Source: Chthonomonadales bacterium (GTDB lineage: Bacteria > Armatimonadota > Chthonomonadetes > Chthonomonadales > CAJBBX01). From it: a stretch of DNA of 64,000 bases. Positions 1 through 9,732 of the stretch are shown piece after piece. The first letter of the stretch is position 1. Every line of letters starts with the position of its first letter. The stretch is taken from contig JBBIPC010000004.1 in the NCBI GenBank assembly GCA_037443035.1, forward strand, positions 154,914-218,913, written 5' to 3'. The notes below the pieces were generated by a model. It did not search any database. It was not told the DNA's origin and worked only from the letters and a program-made list of their open reading frames with translations. The translations under genes and the position numbers were made by a program.

Positions 1-773
1 GAAATGAAGGTCTGTGTGTGTTTCTCGTGGGACACGTTACGAAGGAGGGGGTCCTAGCTGGCCCACGGGTATTGGAGCACATGGTGGATACGGTGCTCTA
101 TTTCGAGGGTGACCGCCACCAGGCATATCGTGTCCTCCGCGCTGTGAAGAATCGCTTCGGTCCAACGGACGAACTCGGTCTCTTCGAGATGCGGGATGAT
201 GGTCTGCAGGAGGTCGTCAACCCTTCGGCTGCCTTTCTGGCCGAGCGGTCTGCCAACGCCTCAGGGTCAGCCGTGGCGGCTACCATGGAGGGGACGCGGC
301 CTCTCTTGGTAGAGGTTCAAGCTCTCGTGACGCGCTCGTTCCTCTCCAGCCCACGCCGTGTGATCAACGGGCTGGACTATAATCGTGCCAACATGATCAT
401 GGCCGTGCTCGAAAAGAGGCTGGGGCTGCGCCTGGGCGAGCACGACGTGTTTCTGAACGTCGCGGGTGGTGTGCGTGTCACCGAGCCTGCATCTGACCTC
501 GCCGTCGCCGTGGCCATTGCGTCCAGCTACCGCGACAGTCCTGTGGACTCGGAGACGGTGATCATCGGCGAGGTCGGCTTGGGGGGAGAGGTGCGCTCCG
601 TCTCCCATGGCGACCGGCGCATCCGAGAGGCGAAGCGGCTGGGCTTTCGGCGTGCTCTCGTACCGAGGAGCAGCAAGGTCGGCGACACGGCATCGGTTGT
701 CTTGCACCGCATCCGCAATGTCTTCGAAGCGGTGGAAATCAGCCTCAGGACGGTTGAAGGAGAGGCGTCATGA
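1..773 (+). CDS. radA: DNA repair protein RadA/Sms, C-terminal part (5' end lies outside the window)
   Basis: The frame of ORF 18..773 stays open back to the window edge (..NEGLCVFLVGHVTKEG..). GHVTKEG, KNRFGPT and the Lon-protease-like C-terminal region (GEVGLGGEVR) are RadA hallmarks. The stop overlaps the nadC start (ATGA). Confidence 0.9.
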   Translation, partial: NEGLCVFLVGHVTKEGVLAGPRVLEHMVDTVLYFEGDRHQAYRVLRAVKNRFGPTDELGLFEMRDDGLQEVVNPSAAFLAERSANASGSAVAATMEGTRPLLVEVQALVTRSFLSSPRRVINGLDYNRANMIMAVLEKRLGLRLGEHDVFLNVAGGVRVTEPASDLAVAVAIASSYRDSPVDSETVIIGEVGLGGEVRSVSHGDRRIREAKRLGFRRALVPRSSKVGDTASVVLHRIRNVFEAVEISLRTVEGEAS

Positions 774-1645
774 TCGCAGGGGCAGACAATGCACCGACAA
801 TCGAGCGGTTCATTCTCGAAGCCGTCGTCAGGAATGCGTTGTTGGAAGATATCGGAACTGGCGACGTCACGACAAACGCTGTAGTGCCACCCGATCTCAG
901 GGCCGTGGGTGAGATCGAGATGGGATCGGAAGGAGTAGTGGCGGGGTTGCCGGTCGTCGAGGAAGTCTTTCGACAGTTGGATCCTGGCACCACCTTGCAG
1001 CGGCTGGTCCAAGACGGTGCAGTCGTCCGCCGAGGAGATATCGTGGCTCGTGTCGAAGGTGCGGCGCGCTCGGTGCTGACGGGCGAACGCGTGGCACTGA
1101 ACTTCCTGCAGCGGATGTCCGGTATCGCAACGCTTACCGCGGCCTATGTTCAGCAGGTTGCAGGGACCAGGGCGTTCATCACCGACACGCGCAAGACAAC
1201 CCCCGGATTGCGCGCCCTCGAGAAGTACGCCGTCCGGATCGGCGGTGGCCATAACCATCGCATGGGCTTGGGCCACGCCGTCCTCATCAAGGATAACCAT
1301 ATTGTGGCAGCCGGCGGTATCCGCGAGGCTGTTGCACGCGCCACCCGCGCTACGGCACATACGATGACCGTCACGGTGGAGTGCGAAAGCCTGGACCACG
1401 TTCGGGAGGCCCTGGAGGCCGGAGCCGACATCCTGCTGCTGGACAACATGTCGGATGAGATACGCAAGGAGGCGGTCGCCATGGTTGGGGGTCGTGCGAT
1501 CACAGAGGCATCGGGTGGCGTTACGCTCGACAATGTGGCTTCGGTCGCAGCTTCGGGGGTGGACTGCATCTCCATCGGCGCCTTGACGCACTCCGCGCCC
1601 GCTCTGGATATTCGGTTGAACCTATCGCTGGTGCAGATGCAGTGA
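770..1645 (+). CDS. nadC: Nicotinate-nucleotide pyrophosphorylase (quinolinate phosphoribosyltransferase)
   Basis: Motifs LTGERVALNFLQRMSGIAT, TDTRKTTPGLR, KYAVRIGGGHNHR and LIKDNHI are typical of NadC. It is translationally coupled to radA and birA. Confidence 0.9.
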   Translation: MIAGADNAPTIERFILEAVVRNALLEDIGTGDVTTNAVVPPDLRAVGEIEMGSEGVVAGLPVVEEVFRQLDPGTTLQRLVQDGAVVRRGDIVARVEGAARSVLTGERVALNFLQRMSGIATLTAAYVQQVAGTRAFITDTRKTTPGLRALEKYAVRIGGGHNHRMGLGHAVLIKDNHIVAAGGIREAVARATRATAHTMTVTVECESLDHVREALEAGADILLLDNMSDEIRKEAVAMVGGRAITEASGGVTLDNVASVAASGVDCISIGALTHSAPALDIRLNLSLVQMQ

Positions 1646-2421
1646 ACCAGGGCGGTCCTCGAATCCGTCAGATGGAGGACGGTACCTACCTCCTAGAGTT
1701 CGAGCAAGTAGACTCGACTCAACTGGAGGCGCGTCGCAGGCGGCAGCGTGGTGAGGTAAAGCTCCTAGGCGTGCGCGCCGATTACCAGACCGCTGGACAC
1801 GGCCGCCGTGGAGCCATGTGGCATGCGCCACCGCGTGAGGCACTGCTGGTTACCTATCTCGCCGATGGCATTGCGTCGGACGCCAGCTCTCAGGCTTTGC
1901 TCGCCATGGCAGCAGGCATTGCAGTGGCACGGGCAATTCGCGACATTACTGCGCTCGAAGCCTCTGTTCGCTGGCCAAACGACATTCTCGTGGGTGATCG
2001 GAAGGTTGGCGGCGTGGTCATCGAGATGTTTCCCGCCGTGGACCAGGGCGACGTTCGAACAATGGTTGCCGCCATCGGCATTGGTGTCAATGTGAACGTT
2101 GCGACGTGGCCCGACCATCTCAGCCGCACGGCCACGTCTCTCTATCAGGCGAGCGCGCGGCTGTGGCCCATCGAAGCCGTGGAAGCCTCGGTGCGCACGG
2201 CGCTCTGGCCGCTTGTGCGGCGGATCAGCCGAGGCGAGAGAGCAAAGGTACTGGAACTCTGGCGCCGCTGGGACAGCACAGCCGGCGTGCGATACGAGTA
2301 CCCTACTGTCGGTGGTTCAGAAGTTGGCGTGGCTGCCGCCGTCACGGACAAAGGGGAGTTGGTGCTCCGGCTTCCTAACGGAAGGGAGATAGCGGTGGTA
2401 CAGGCACGCCATCTGCCCTAG
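1642..2421 (+). CDS. birA: Biotin-[acetyl-CoA-carboxylase] ligase, group I (no N-terminal HTH domain)
   Basis: Has the biotin-binding loop QTAGHGRRGAMW and WPNDILVGDRKVGGVVIE. The GTG start overlaps the nadC stop (GTGA). At 259 aa it has no room for a repressor domain. Confidence 0.85.
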   Translation: MNQGGPRIRQMEDGTYLLEFEQVDSTQLEARRRRQRGEVKLLGVRADYQTAGHGRRGAMWHAPPREALLVTYLADGIASDASSQALLAMAAGIAVARAIRDITALEASVRWPNDILVGDRKVGGVVIEMFPAVDQGDVRTMVAAIGIGVNVNVATWPDHLSRTATSLYQASARLWPIEAVEASVRTALWPLVRRISRGERAKVLELWRRWDSTAGVRYEYPTVGGSEVGVAAAVTDKGELVLRLPNGREIAVVQARHLP

Positions 2422-3044
2422 GCGCCCGACGTCTCTTGCCCGTACCAGTCCAGCAGAACTTGGCGAATGCAAGCAAGGGCTTTGCCGCGGTGGCTGATAG
2501 TGTGTTTCTCGGCCGGCGTCAGCTCTGCCATGTGGCGACCCAGCTCAGGTAGGAAGAAGATCGGGTCATAGCCGAAGCCATAGGCACCCTTTATCTCGCG
2601 AGCGATGCGTCCCTCACAGACGCCCCAACACACATGCTCTCGTCCTGACGGCTCGACAATCGCGACGGCAGCCCGGAACCTGCAGGTGCGCTGATCATCG
2701 GGCACGTCCGCCATGAGGCGGAGGATGCGTGCCATCTTGTCAGGGAATGGCGTGTCCACGCCAAGAAACCGGTGGGAGTGAACGCCGGGTTGTCCCCCGA
2801 GCGCGTCTATCTCCAGACCGGCATCGTCGGCAACGGACGGCAGGCCGGTGACCCTGGCGACGGCACGCGCCTTGATGAGTGCGTTCTCATCGTAAGTGCA
2901 TCCATCCTCTGCGACGTCTTCGCCATTGGGATCCAGGTCCAAGAGCGACACGATGTCCCACCTTGGCGAGTCGAGGATCTCTGCCATTTCCCGTGCCTTC
3001 TTTGCGTTCCTGGTGGCGAGGACGAGCCGGAGTACTGTTTTCAT
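2418..3044 (-). CDS. rdgB: Non-canonical purine NTP pyrophosphatase (RdgB/HAM1 family)
   Basis: N-terminal LVLATRNAKKAREM, FGYDPIF and SHRGKA motifs match the HAM1/RdgB family. Length is about 200 aa. Confidence 0.85.
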   Translation of the reverse strand: MKTVLRLVLATRNAKKAREMAEILDSPRWDIVSLLDLDPNGEDVAEDGCTYDENALIKARAVARVTGLPSVADDAGLEIDALGGQPGVHSHRFLGVDTPFPDKMARILRLMADVPDDQRTCRFRAAVAIVEPSGREHVCWGVCEGRIAREIKGAYGFGYDPIFFLPELGRHMAELTPAEKHTISHRGKALACIRQVLLDWYGQETSGA

Positions 3045-3074
3045 CAGACGAGGGGATGGCCTCTGAGGCCGACG

Positions 3075-3485
3075 CTATCCCCGTCGAGCCTGATTGACGA
3101 AGTTCATGCGCAGCATGGCCACCAGATTGCGCAGCTCGCGTTGCGCACTTTCGTCCACGAGAGGCTCCACGTTCTCCGCGAGCGATGCCACTCCGTCTAT
3201 GAGAATCTTGGCATCATCGAGATTCCGCTCCACCTTGTTCGTAACCGGGTCCTCCACGAGGCCAAGCGCAATCCAGGCGCCCTGCTGCAGGATGTCAATG
3301 CACATGAGGATGCGGTCGGCTGCCACCAGTCGCGGATGACGGCTAGCCTCCTCCTCCGCGTCCTTCTGGCCTGCACCACCAGCCGACGCCGCAGGACCAG
3401 CCGCCGATCTCTCGTCAGCTTCTCCAGCCGGTCGTGCCGTTCGGCGCTTGTCCACGAACTCGAAGTGTTCTTCTTCCTCAGGCAT
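3075..3485 (-). CDS. DUF1844-like small acidic protein
   Basis: Acidic disordered N-terminus followed by a conserved-looking helical core (ILMCIDILQQGAWIALGLVEDPVTNKVERNLDDAKILIDGVASL), which I recall as DUF1844. GGAGG lies 5 nt upstream of the ATG. It sits 30 nt upstream of rdgB on the same strand. Confidence 0.55.
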   Translation of the reverse strand: MPEEEEHFEFVDKRRTARPAGEADERSAAGPAASAGGAGQKDAEEEASRHPRLVAADRILMCIDILQQGAWIALGLVEDPVTNKVERNLDDAKILIDGVASLAENVEPLVDESAQRELRNLVAMLRMNFVNQARRG

Positions 3486-3573
3486 GAGCCCCTCCTACGC
3501 AATCGCCTGGGATTGCGTCATACTGAGCGTTATCATACCCACATGTGCGGTCTTCGCAAGAGGGAGAAGAAGG

Positions 3574-4326
3574 GTGCTTCTGACGGAATTGGTAGGCTAT
3601 CTCGATGAATACCTCCGCGTGCCGGAGACACCCGACCACCCGAAGGCGCACAACGGCCTGCAGGTGGCCGGCACCCGCGAGGTTGGCCGAGTCGCTCTAG
3701 CAGTAGACGCGTGCCTCGCGACAATACGCGAAGCCGTGGAGATGGGAGCCGATGTCCTTGTCGTCCACCACGGTCTCTTCTGGCAAGATCCCGTCCCAAT
3801 GACAGGCGCCGTCTACAATCGGCTACGACTGCTGTTCCAGTCCGGCATGGGACTGTATTCCTGTCATGCGCCCCTCGACGTGCATCCGGAGGTAGGTAAC
3901 AACGCCGTTCTATGCCGGTTGCTCGGCATGGAGCCGTGCGGTACCTGGGCACCCTTCGAAGGAACTGACGTCGGGCTTCTCGCCGAGACTGACACCACCA
4001 CCAGCGAGCTTCGCACGCGCTTGGACGATCTGCTCGCCACCAACACGCGTCTGATCTCCGGCAACACAGACGCGGTCCGGAAGGTCGCAGTCCTGACAGG
4101 CAGCGGCGCCTCCTACGCCGCTGTGGCAGCCGACCTCGGATGCGACACTCTCATCACCGGCGAAGGCACACACCACAGCTACTTCGTGGCCGAGGAGTCC
4201 GGGATCAACCTGTTCCTGGCAGGCCACTACGCCACGGAGACGCTGGGACTCCGTGCTCTCGCGAGCCATCTCGAGTCCAGGCTAGGTCTGGAGTGCGTTT
4301 TCATAGACCACCCCACGGGTCTCTGA
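3574..4326 (+). CDS. Nif3-like dinuclear metal centre protein (GTP cyclohydrolase 1 type 2 homologue)
   Basis: Has AHNGLQVAG, VVHHGLFW and LAGHYATE motifs of the NIF3/YbgI family. I placed the start at GTG 3574, preceded by GGGAGAAGAAGG, instead of the track start 3448, which overlaps the divergent DUF1844 gene. Confidence 0.8.
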   Translation: MLLTELVGYLDEYLRVPETPDHPKAHNGLQVAGTREVGRVALAVDACLATIREAVEMGADVLVVHHGLFWQDPVPMTGAVYNRLRLLFQSGMGLYSCHAPLDVHPEVGNNAVLCRLLGMEPCGTWAPFEGTDVGLLAETDTTTSELRTRLDDLLATNTRLISGNTDAVRKVAVLTGSGASYAAVAADLGCDTLITGEGTHHSYFVAEESGINLFLAGHYATETLGLRALASHLESRLGLECVFIDHPTGL

Positions 4327-6198
4327 GGGATGACCCCATGCCCAGGCCAACAGCATGAGAGGCAAGAGATGCATGAGAAGCCTCCCCAGGCTCGTGCCCA
4401 AATGCCATTCTATCGGATGGGGAGTGAACACATAGACCAGGGTGTAGGCAACGGCCTGGAGCAGCACGACGCTTCGGACGAGGAGCCTCGCCTTTCTGTT
4501 GCCAAACGGAGCCACCAGACCGATGATGGCCAGAAGCCATAGGAGGCCGAACGAGGGCGGTCTTGGAGTTACGGCGGTCACCTGTCTCACGATCGCACTA
4601 CCGATCGGCCAGAGTCGTTCGACGGACCCCGGAGGAGGTCCACCTCTGCGCCAGGGAGGAAGTACCTCTACGACTGCGTAGCGACCTGAAGCTAGGTCAC
4701 TACTCACCGCAAGTGTCCGCCTCAGGAGATACCAGGGCGCGACCAGGACGGCCAGCAGGATGCCTGCCATGACCCAGTGCCGACTAGGTAGCCACAGCCG
4801 GTGCCATATCAGTCTCAAGAGCCAGAGTGCAAGCCAGAGCAGTATCACAATCCCCGCCAGCACCGCACCCTCGTTCTTGCACTGCGCCGCACCCGCCAGG
4901 AACGCCGCCGATGCGTAAGTCGCTCGTGACGAGAGCCGACCCATGGCACGCAGACCAAGCGTGCCTACACCTGCGGTTGCAAGTAGCGCCAGGGGCAGAT
5001 CCGCGTACCCCGATACGGCGTGGTACACGAAAAGGGGCTGGGAGGCGATCAGGCCTGCAGTCAGCAGCCCCATGGTCCGCCCGGAGTAGAGCTTGGCTAG
5101 CCCGTAGACCATTGCTATGAGGTCGCCGTAGAATAGCAGGCCGCCAAATTGCGCCACTTTCTCGTTCGGATGGCCCCAGTGAACGTAAAGCCACCAAGAG
5201 TGAAGCGGTACCAGAAGCGGGTAGTCGGGATGAGAGACAGCAAAGGCTGGATCTGTCAAGATCCGCGCTGACCCGTCATGGAAGAAGGCACGCGCCTTCA
5301 TCTGCCAGATCACCCACCCATCCCACGCGATCCCACGAGCGCCCCATAGCATGATCGCGCTGACACAGCCCAGCACGAGGAGGAGTATCGCCGTCCAATC
5401 CAGCAGACCTATCGGCCTCGTCGGGGCGACGTCAGCGTGAATGGCGCGCGTGCCAGCCTTGCTCGTATATTTCCATAGAACGCCGAGCGCCGATATGGCG
5501 GCCACGATATAGACAGCACCACCGTCCAGACGGCCGGAGACGCACCATCCAGCCTGGACGGCGACGGCCAGGAAGCTCACTCCCAGCACGTGGGCCGTTG
5601 CCAGACGCATGGGCCATGGCGTGGAGCCTAGGCCGGTCAATCCCGCAAACGCCCACCCTGTCACTATCAGCGCGGCCAGCCCGACGACTAACTGCCCTAC
5701 CTCCACAGGCCAGGGTGCGTCTGCCCTATCGGCTTTCGGCTGCAGTGCCTGAGCCTGGCCGATGCTGACCGTCACGTTCTCGTAGCCGAACTGCTGCCAC
5801 CCTACACGTTCCCTGGCAGGACGCCCATATACCACGACTGCCGCAACGTCCTCCGGAAGCCGCTCTGGTTCTCGAGACTCGACACGAAGCGCGAGTGGAT
5901 AGGTCAGGTAGCGCAGGCGCCATTCGAAGGCCCGGGCACCCAGTCGCTTCTCGGGATCGTCCAGCCCATGCAAGACCAGCAGGGCTTGGCGGCCAGCTGT
6001 AATTGACCGTCGGAGTTGCGTTGCTGCCCACTCGGGAGCTGGAACCTGCCTGGCCTTACGAGGTGACGCAGCCACCCACACAAGCTGGCCCCATCGTGCG
6101 CCGGCATTCACCAATGCCACGGCAACCGCCAGCGTCAGAAGAGCTTTTCGCCACAAGTAGTTCAGGCCAGTCGCCGGTCGGCACCGGTTCTCCGTCAC
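4282..6198 (-). CDS. Large polytopic membrane protein, possibly a GT-C fold (ArnT/PMT-like) glycosyltransferase
   Basis: A 638-aa ORF with more than 10 hydrophobic segments. An HPDYPLLVPLHSWW-type loop and the overall layout resemble family 39/83 lipid-linked glycosyltransferases. The coding call is strong; the function is only a guess. Confidence 0.5.
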   Translation of the reverse strand: MTENRCRPATGLNYLWRKALLTLAVAVALVNAGARWGQLVWVAASPRKARQVPAPEWAATQLRRSITAGRQALLVLHGLDDPEKRLGARAFEWRLRYLTYPLALRVESREPERLPEDVAAVVVYGRPARERVGWQQFGYENVTVSIGQAQALQPKADRADAPWPVEVGQLVVGLAALIVTGWAFAGLTGLGSTPWPMRLATAHVLGVSFLAVAVQAGWCVSGRLDGGAVYIVAAISALGVLWKYTSKAGTRAIHADVAPTRPIGLLDWTAILLLVLGCVSAIMLWGARGIAWDGWVIWQMKARAFFHDGSARILTDPAFAVSHPDYPLLVPLHSWWLYVHWGHPNEKVAQFGGLLFYGDLIAMVYGLAKLYSGRTMGLLTAGLIASQPLFVYHAVSGYADLPLALLATAGVGTLGLRAMGRLSSRATYASAAFLAGAAQCKNEGAVLAGIVILLWLALWLLRLIWHRLWLPSRHWVMAGILLAVLVAPWYLLRRTLAVSSDLASGRYAVVEVLPPWRRGGPPPGSVERLWPIGSAIVRQVTAVTPRPPSFGLLWLLAIIGLVAPFGNRKARLLVRSVVLLQAVAYTLVYVFTPHPIEWHLGTSLGRLLMHLLPLMLLAWAWGHPSETRGVVYENALQT

Positions 6199-6248
6199 CG
6201 CAACGACCTCAGGTTGCCTAAGCGGTCACGCGCGAGATGGAGCCGGGG

Positions 6249-7568
6249 CTACAGCACGTAGTCGCTGGCTGGAATCTCGATCCGTGTTCTCTTGGTCATG
6301 GCCTCGTTGGCGCGGACCGCAGCCACGCAGGCGCGCAGCCCATCCCGCCAATCACAGGAAACAGGAGCACCCGTGCGCACGCTGGCGAAGAAGTCCTCCA
6401 TCTCCAAGAGGTAGTCATCCTTGCCCTCCACGGAGCCTCGAATCTCCTTCTGCCCGACCCTGGCACCAGTCGTACCCAGCTTCTTCGTCGCCTCTGGATC
6501 CAGCTTCAGCCCCTGCTGGCCGCGTGGCCCACTCTGCTTGTTGGCCGGGTCTTTCATCCACTCCTCTGGCGCAGCCGTCGGCTCACGATAGTACTGCCCC
6601 CCCGTCTGCTGGGACACAATGAGCGTTCCGTCTTTGCCCATGAACTGCTCGTAGAAACCGTCGAACTGGTTCGTCGTCAGGGACGTGTAGTTGAGCTTCA
6701 CACCACTGGGGTACTGAAAGATCACCTCCACATTGTCGAAAACCGTCCGACCATCCTTCCAGTAGTCAATGCCCCCGATTCCCACTACGGCCGACGGCGC
6801 CTCGCCCAAGTACCAGTTCGCCACGTGGATCTGGTGCGTTCCCAGCTCGGCCATGAGTCCCTGGGACAGGTCCTTGTACAGCCGCCAGTTCCAGTGTCGG
6901 TCCGTAGTGTCCTTGGGTACTGGGCGACGCCACGAACCGTTCCGGTTCCACTGGGCGCGGACGTGCGTCACTTTCCCGCACACTTTGGCCTTGTTGATAA
7001 GCTCCCACCCATGGTTGTAGATGATATTGGAACGTCGTTGGTGACCTATCTGCAGCACCTTTTTCGCGGCGATCGCTGCTCTGGCCATGCGCTTGGCATC
7101 TTCGATGCTGTAAGCCATCATCTTCTCGCAGAAGACGTGCTTCCCGGCCTGGAGAGCCGCGATGGCGACAGGCGCGTGGACGGTGAGAGGCGTGGCGATG
7201 AGCACCGCCTCCACATCCTTGCGGTCCATGATCCTGCGGTAATCCTTGTAGCCGGTAGCACCAGGCACGAGATCGAGTGCACGCTTGAGGTTCGGTTCGT
7301 AAATGTCGCACAAGGCCACGAACTGAACTCCGGGTACGCTCAGGGCGCGCTTGAGATCGTGTGTGCCCTGCGAACCAACGCCCACGAAGGCGCACTTCAC
7401 GGGTCGTGCATCCGCCGCAGCCTGTTCCCGGCGCTGCTGCGCTTCCGCAGCCATTTCTAACTCCACGCCGAACGCTGCCGCGATTGCGGCCGATCCCATC
7501 AGCACCTCGCGCCGTGTAGTACCTGACGTCGCTAGAAAGACCTGTTCCACAGGACTCGTGTCGAGCAT
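6249..7568 (-). CDS. Tat-signal Gfo/Idh/MocA family oxidoreductase (periplasmic)
   Basis: Has a twin-arginine leader (TTRREVLMGSAAIAAAFG), the Rossmann segment CAFVGVGSQG and the FCEKMMA (EKP-like) motif. ATG 7568 has GGAGG 8 nt upstream. The track extension to 8201 runs through wrbA and was discarded. Confidence 0.85.
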   Translation of the reverse strand: MLDTSPVEQVFLATSGTTRREVLMGSAAIAAAFGVELEMAAEAQQRREQAAADARPVKCAFVGVGSQGTHDLKRALSVPGVQFVALCDIYEPNLKRALDLVPGATGYKDYRRIMDRKDVEAVLIATPLTVHAPVAIAALQAGKHVFCEKMMAYSIEDAKRMARAAIAAKKVLQIGHQRRSNIIYNHGWELINKAKVCGKVTHVRAQWNRNGSWRRPVPKDTTDRHWNWRLYKDLSQGLMAELGTHQIHVANWYLGEAPSAVVGIGGIDYWKDGRTVFDNVEVIFQYPSGVKLNYTSLTTNQFDGFYEQFMGKDGTLIVSQQTGGQYYREPTAAPEEWMKDPANKQSGPRGQQGLKLDPEATKKLGTTGARVGQKEIRGSVEGKDDYLLEMEDFFASVRTGAPVSCDWRDGLRACVAAVRANEAMTKRTRIEIPASDYVL

Positions 7569-7756
7569 TCGATCATCCTCCTTCCGTGGACTGGCATGCA
7601 CTCGGGCCTCGAACCACCCATTCTTTGGCGGCACCCCAGCCCATCCAATAGTGCTACACGTATTCTCCCCCAGACAATGCTCTCCTGCTCCGGAACCCAT
7701 GAGGCCGCTACACCGTACGAACTGCACATACATTCTGTCGCAGGAGGTAACGCATC

Positions 7757-8383
7757 GTGAATCGCGTCTATGTCGTATTCTACAGCACGTATGGTCATGT
7801 GTATCGTCTAGCTGAGGCAGTAGCTGAGGGCGCAAGAGAAGTCGCCGGTACAGAGGTCTCTGTCTACCGCGTGCCTGAGACGATACCGGAGGAGACCCTT
7901 GCCAGGATCGGTGCTCTGGAGGCACAGCGCGCCTTTGCCCATGTGCCAGTGATCGAGCCAGACCAGCTTGCCGAAGCCGATGCCATCCTGTTCGGAACTC
8001 CGACAAGGTTCGGCAACATGGCAGGACAGATGCGCACGTTTCTCGATCGCACTGGCGGCCTGTGGCAGCGAGGCGCCCTCGTCGGCAAGGTTGGCAGCGT
8101 ATTCGCCAGCACTGCAACGCAACATGGCGGCCAGGAGACCACTCTGACGAGCTTCCATGTAACACTGTTCCACCATGGCATGGTTGTGGTTGGCGTGCCA
8201 TACTCCGAGCAGCACCTGCTAGATATGGGCGAGATCACCGGGGGTACGCCTTACGGCGCCACGACCTTGACCGGCCCAGACGGCTCACGGATGCCAACGT
8301 CCAACGAGCTGGCTATCGCGCGGTTCCAGGGACGGCATGTCGCTGAGATCTCGGCGTGGCTGAAGAGAGGCAGAATGGCCTGA
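7757..8383 (+). CDS. wrbA: NAD(P)H:quinone oxidoreductase, WrbA type (flavodoxin-like)
   Basis: [18 protein letters not shown] and HGGQE motifs. GTG start with AGGAGG 9 nt upstream. Confidence 0.85.
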   Translation: MNRVYVVFYSTYGHVYRLAEAVAEGAREVAGTEVSVYRVPETIPEETLARIGALEAQRAFAHVPVIEPDQLAEADAILFGTPTRFGNMAGQMRTFLDRTGGLWQRGALVGKVGSVFASTATQHGGQETTLTSFHVTLFHHGMVVVGVPYSEQHLLDMGEITGGTPYGATTLTGPDGSRMPTSNELAIARFQGRHVAEISAWLKRGRMA

Positions 8384-8401
8384 GCGCATTGTCCTCGCGA
8401 C

Positions 8402-8422
8402 TGCCGCCACGGCAAGGTTTTT
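8402..8422 (+). terminator. Weak intrinsic terminator candidate after wrbA
   Basis: TGCCG-CCA-CGGCA hairpin (5-bp stem) followed by AGGTTTTT, 19 nt after the wrbA stop. Confidence 0.3.
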
Positions 8423-8518
8423 CGTCTGTGGGAGCATTGGGCGCCTGGGTGCGACCTGGTGGTCAGGCGCAGGAAATCCCGAGCGCCTCAGTGAACATAG
8501 GTGCCAGTCCGGATGGTG

Positions 8519-8548
8519 TTGCCGAACGCCCGGCTGGGCGTCTATAAG
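8519..8548 (+). promoter_or_regulatory. Sigma70-like promoter candidate for the ECF sigma operon
   Basis: TTGCCG-N18-TATAAG. If used, transcription begins near 8555, which excludes the track start codon at 8501. Confidence 0.3.
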
Positions 8549-8617
8549 GACAAATGGAACGTGCATGTCGTTGCGAATCGAGCTCCGATGTCATGTAACT
8601 TTGGCGCAGCAACTACC

Positions 8618-9262
8618 ATGGGCCGGCCAATGTCCATGAGACGATCGGCCGCGTCAGTGTCACAGCCAACGTCAGAGGCGGCTGCGCGGTCGCCGTCGGA
8701 CGAGGATCTGCTGCGTCGTTGTGCAGACGGCGACGTTTCGGGTCTCGAGGAACTGACTCGGCGCTATCAGTCGCAACTCTTCGCTTTTTTGTACCGGCTC
8801 ACGGGGTCCTACGAGGACGCGGAAGAGGCCACTCTCGAGGTCTTCTTGCGAGCATGGCGGACCGCGAAAGGTTTTCAGTATCGAGCGAGGGTGGCCACGT
8901 GGTTGTACCGAATAGCGCTGAACATTGCGCGCGATCTGCACAGCCGCAAGAAGGCACGCCCTCAGGACCCCTGGCCGGAAGATGAGGAGGTGGCGGCGGA
9001 ACTGGCCGTAGGCAGCGCCGAGGAGGAGGCCATCGCGGGGTTACATAGTGCCGACCTCGCTCGTGAGGTTCGTGCAGCTATGGACAAACTCTCGCCTTCG
9101 GATCGGGAACTACTCACTCTCTATTATCTTCAAGATAGCGACTATGATGAGATACGGGAGATCACGGGGCTCTCGTACACCGTCCTCAAGACGCGCCTTG
9201 CCCGTGCAAGGCAGAGGCTGCGCCGCCTCCTAGAAAGGGCGCAGGTGGTCACTGAGCCATGA
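8618..9262 (+). CDS. ECF-type RNA polymerase sigma factor (sigma-70 family)
   Basis: Region 2 (LFAFLYRLTGSYEDAEEATLEVFLRAWR, WLYRIALNIARD) and region 4 (LLTLYYLQDSDYDEIREITGLSYTVLKTRLARARQRL). The start is uncertain (ATG 8588, 8618, 8630 or 8636); the stop overlaps the next gene. Confidence 0.8.
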   Translation: MGRPMSMRRSAASVSQPTSEAAARSPSDEDLLRRCADGDVSGLEELTRRYQSQLFAFLYRLTGSYEDAEEATLEVFLRAWRTAKGFQYRARVATWLYRIALNIARDLHSRKKARPQDPWPEDEEVAAELAVGSAEEEAIAGLHSADLAREVRAAMDKLSPSDRELLTLYYLQDSDYDEIREITGLSYTVLKTRLARARQRLRRLLERAQVVTEP

Positions 9263-9732
9263 GGTGCTGGGATTTCGAGATCGACGTTGCCGATTATGTA
9301 CGAAAGCGTCTGCCTGAAGACCGCAGGGCAGCCATGAACGCGCATCTGGAACACTGCCCGAGATGCAGGCGCGTTGTAGCTCTGGAGGAGACGCTGCAGA
9401 CTGGTGCTGCCCGACTGGCGGCTCCACAGCTTCGGCGAGATCTGTGGCCGGAACTCGCTACGCGTATCCAGACAGGGCCGGGTCCGGCACGTCATCGCAG
9501 CTCATGGCTTCTCCTGCGCTGGGCAACGGCGGGTGTCGTCACAGCGGTCATGGGTGCCATGGCATTTCGACTTGCCGTCAAACCCGACCAGCAGGCGATG
9601 GCAAGGCCCGAAGATGAGGTCCGCGTCGTGCGCATGATGACCACCGTGGAGCCCATCCAGTATGTGGATGCCGACGTCCTGACCCGACAAGAAGCCCAAA
9701 GGATTCTCCTGATCGGCGCATCGGAGCCATGA
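9259..9732 (+). CDS. Zinc-binding (ZAS, HxxxCxxC) anti-sigma factor, single-pass membrane protein
   Basis: HLEHCPRC motif at the N-terminus and one TM segment (WLLLRWATAGVVTAVMGAMAF). 4-nt overlaps with both the upstream sigma gene and the downstream gene. Confidence 0.7.
   Translation: MRCWDFEIDVADYVRKRLPEDRRAAMNAHLEHCPRCRRVVALEETLQTGAARLAAPQLRRDLWPELATRIQTGPGPARHRSSWLLLRWATAGVVTAVMGAMAFRLAVKPDQQAMARPEDEVRVVRMMTTVEPIQYVDADVLTRQEAQRILLIGASEP

Noticed and set aside
2418-2421. birA and rdgB share a palindromic CTAG, so their two TAG stop codons overlap on opposite strands.
   Set aside because: The observation is real but trivial. It is a chance consequence of convergent gene packing.
6237-7460. 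A 407-aa ORF on the plus strand, antisense to the Gfo/Idh/MocA gene.
   Set aside because: This is the typical long antisense frame of a GC-rich gene. It has R/P/H/L-rich low-information composition, no SD and no recognisable motifs, while the opposite strand encodes a complete, motif-rich enzyme.
7569-8201. An N-terminal extension of the oxidoreductase ORF (the track gives 650 aa).
   Set aside because: The extension runs antisense through wrbA and has no homology-like motifs. The internal ATG 7568 has a GGAGG SD and yields a proper Tat leader.
8556-8581. An ECF-type promoter guess, GGAAC-N16-ATCGA, upstream of the first ECF sigma gene.
   Set aside because: Only the -35-like GGAAC is convincing. 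The -10 region does not match any ECF consensus I can recall with confidence, so it is not reported as a feature.
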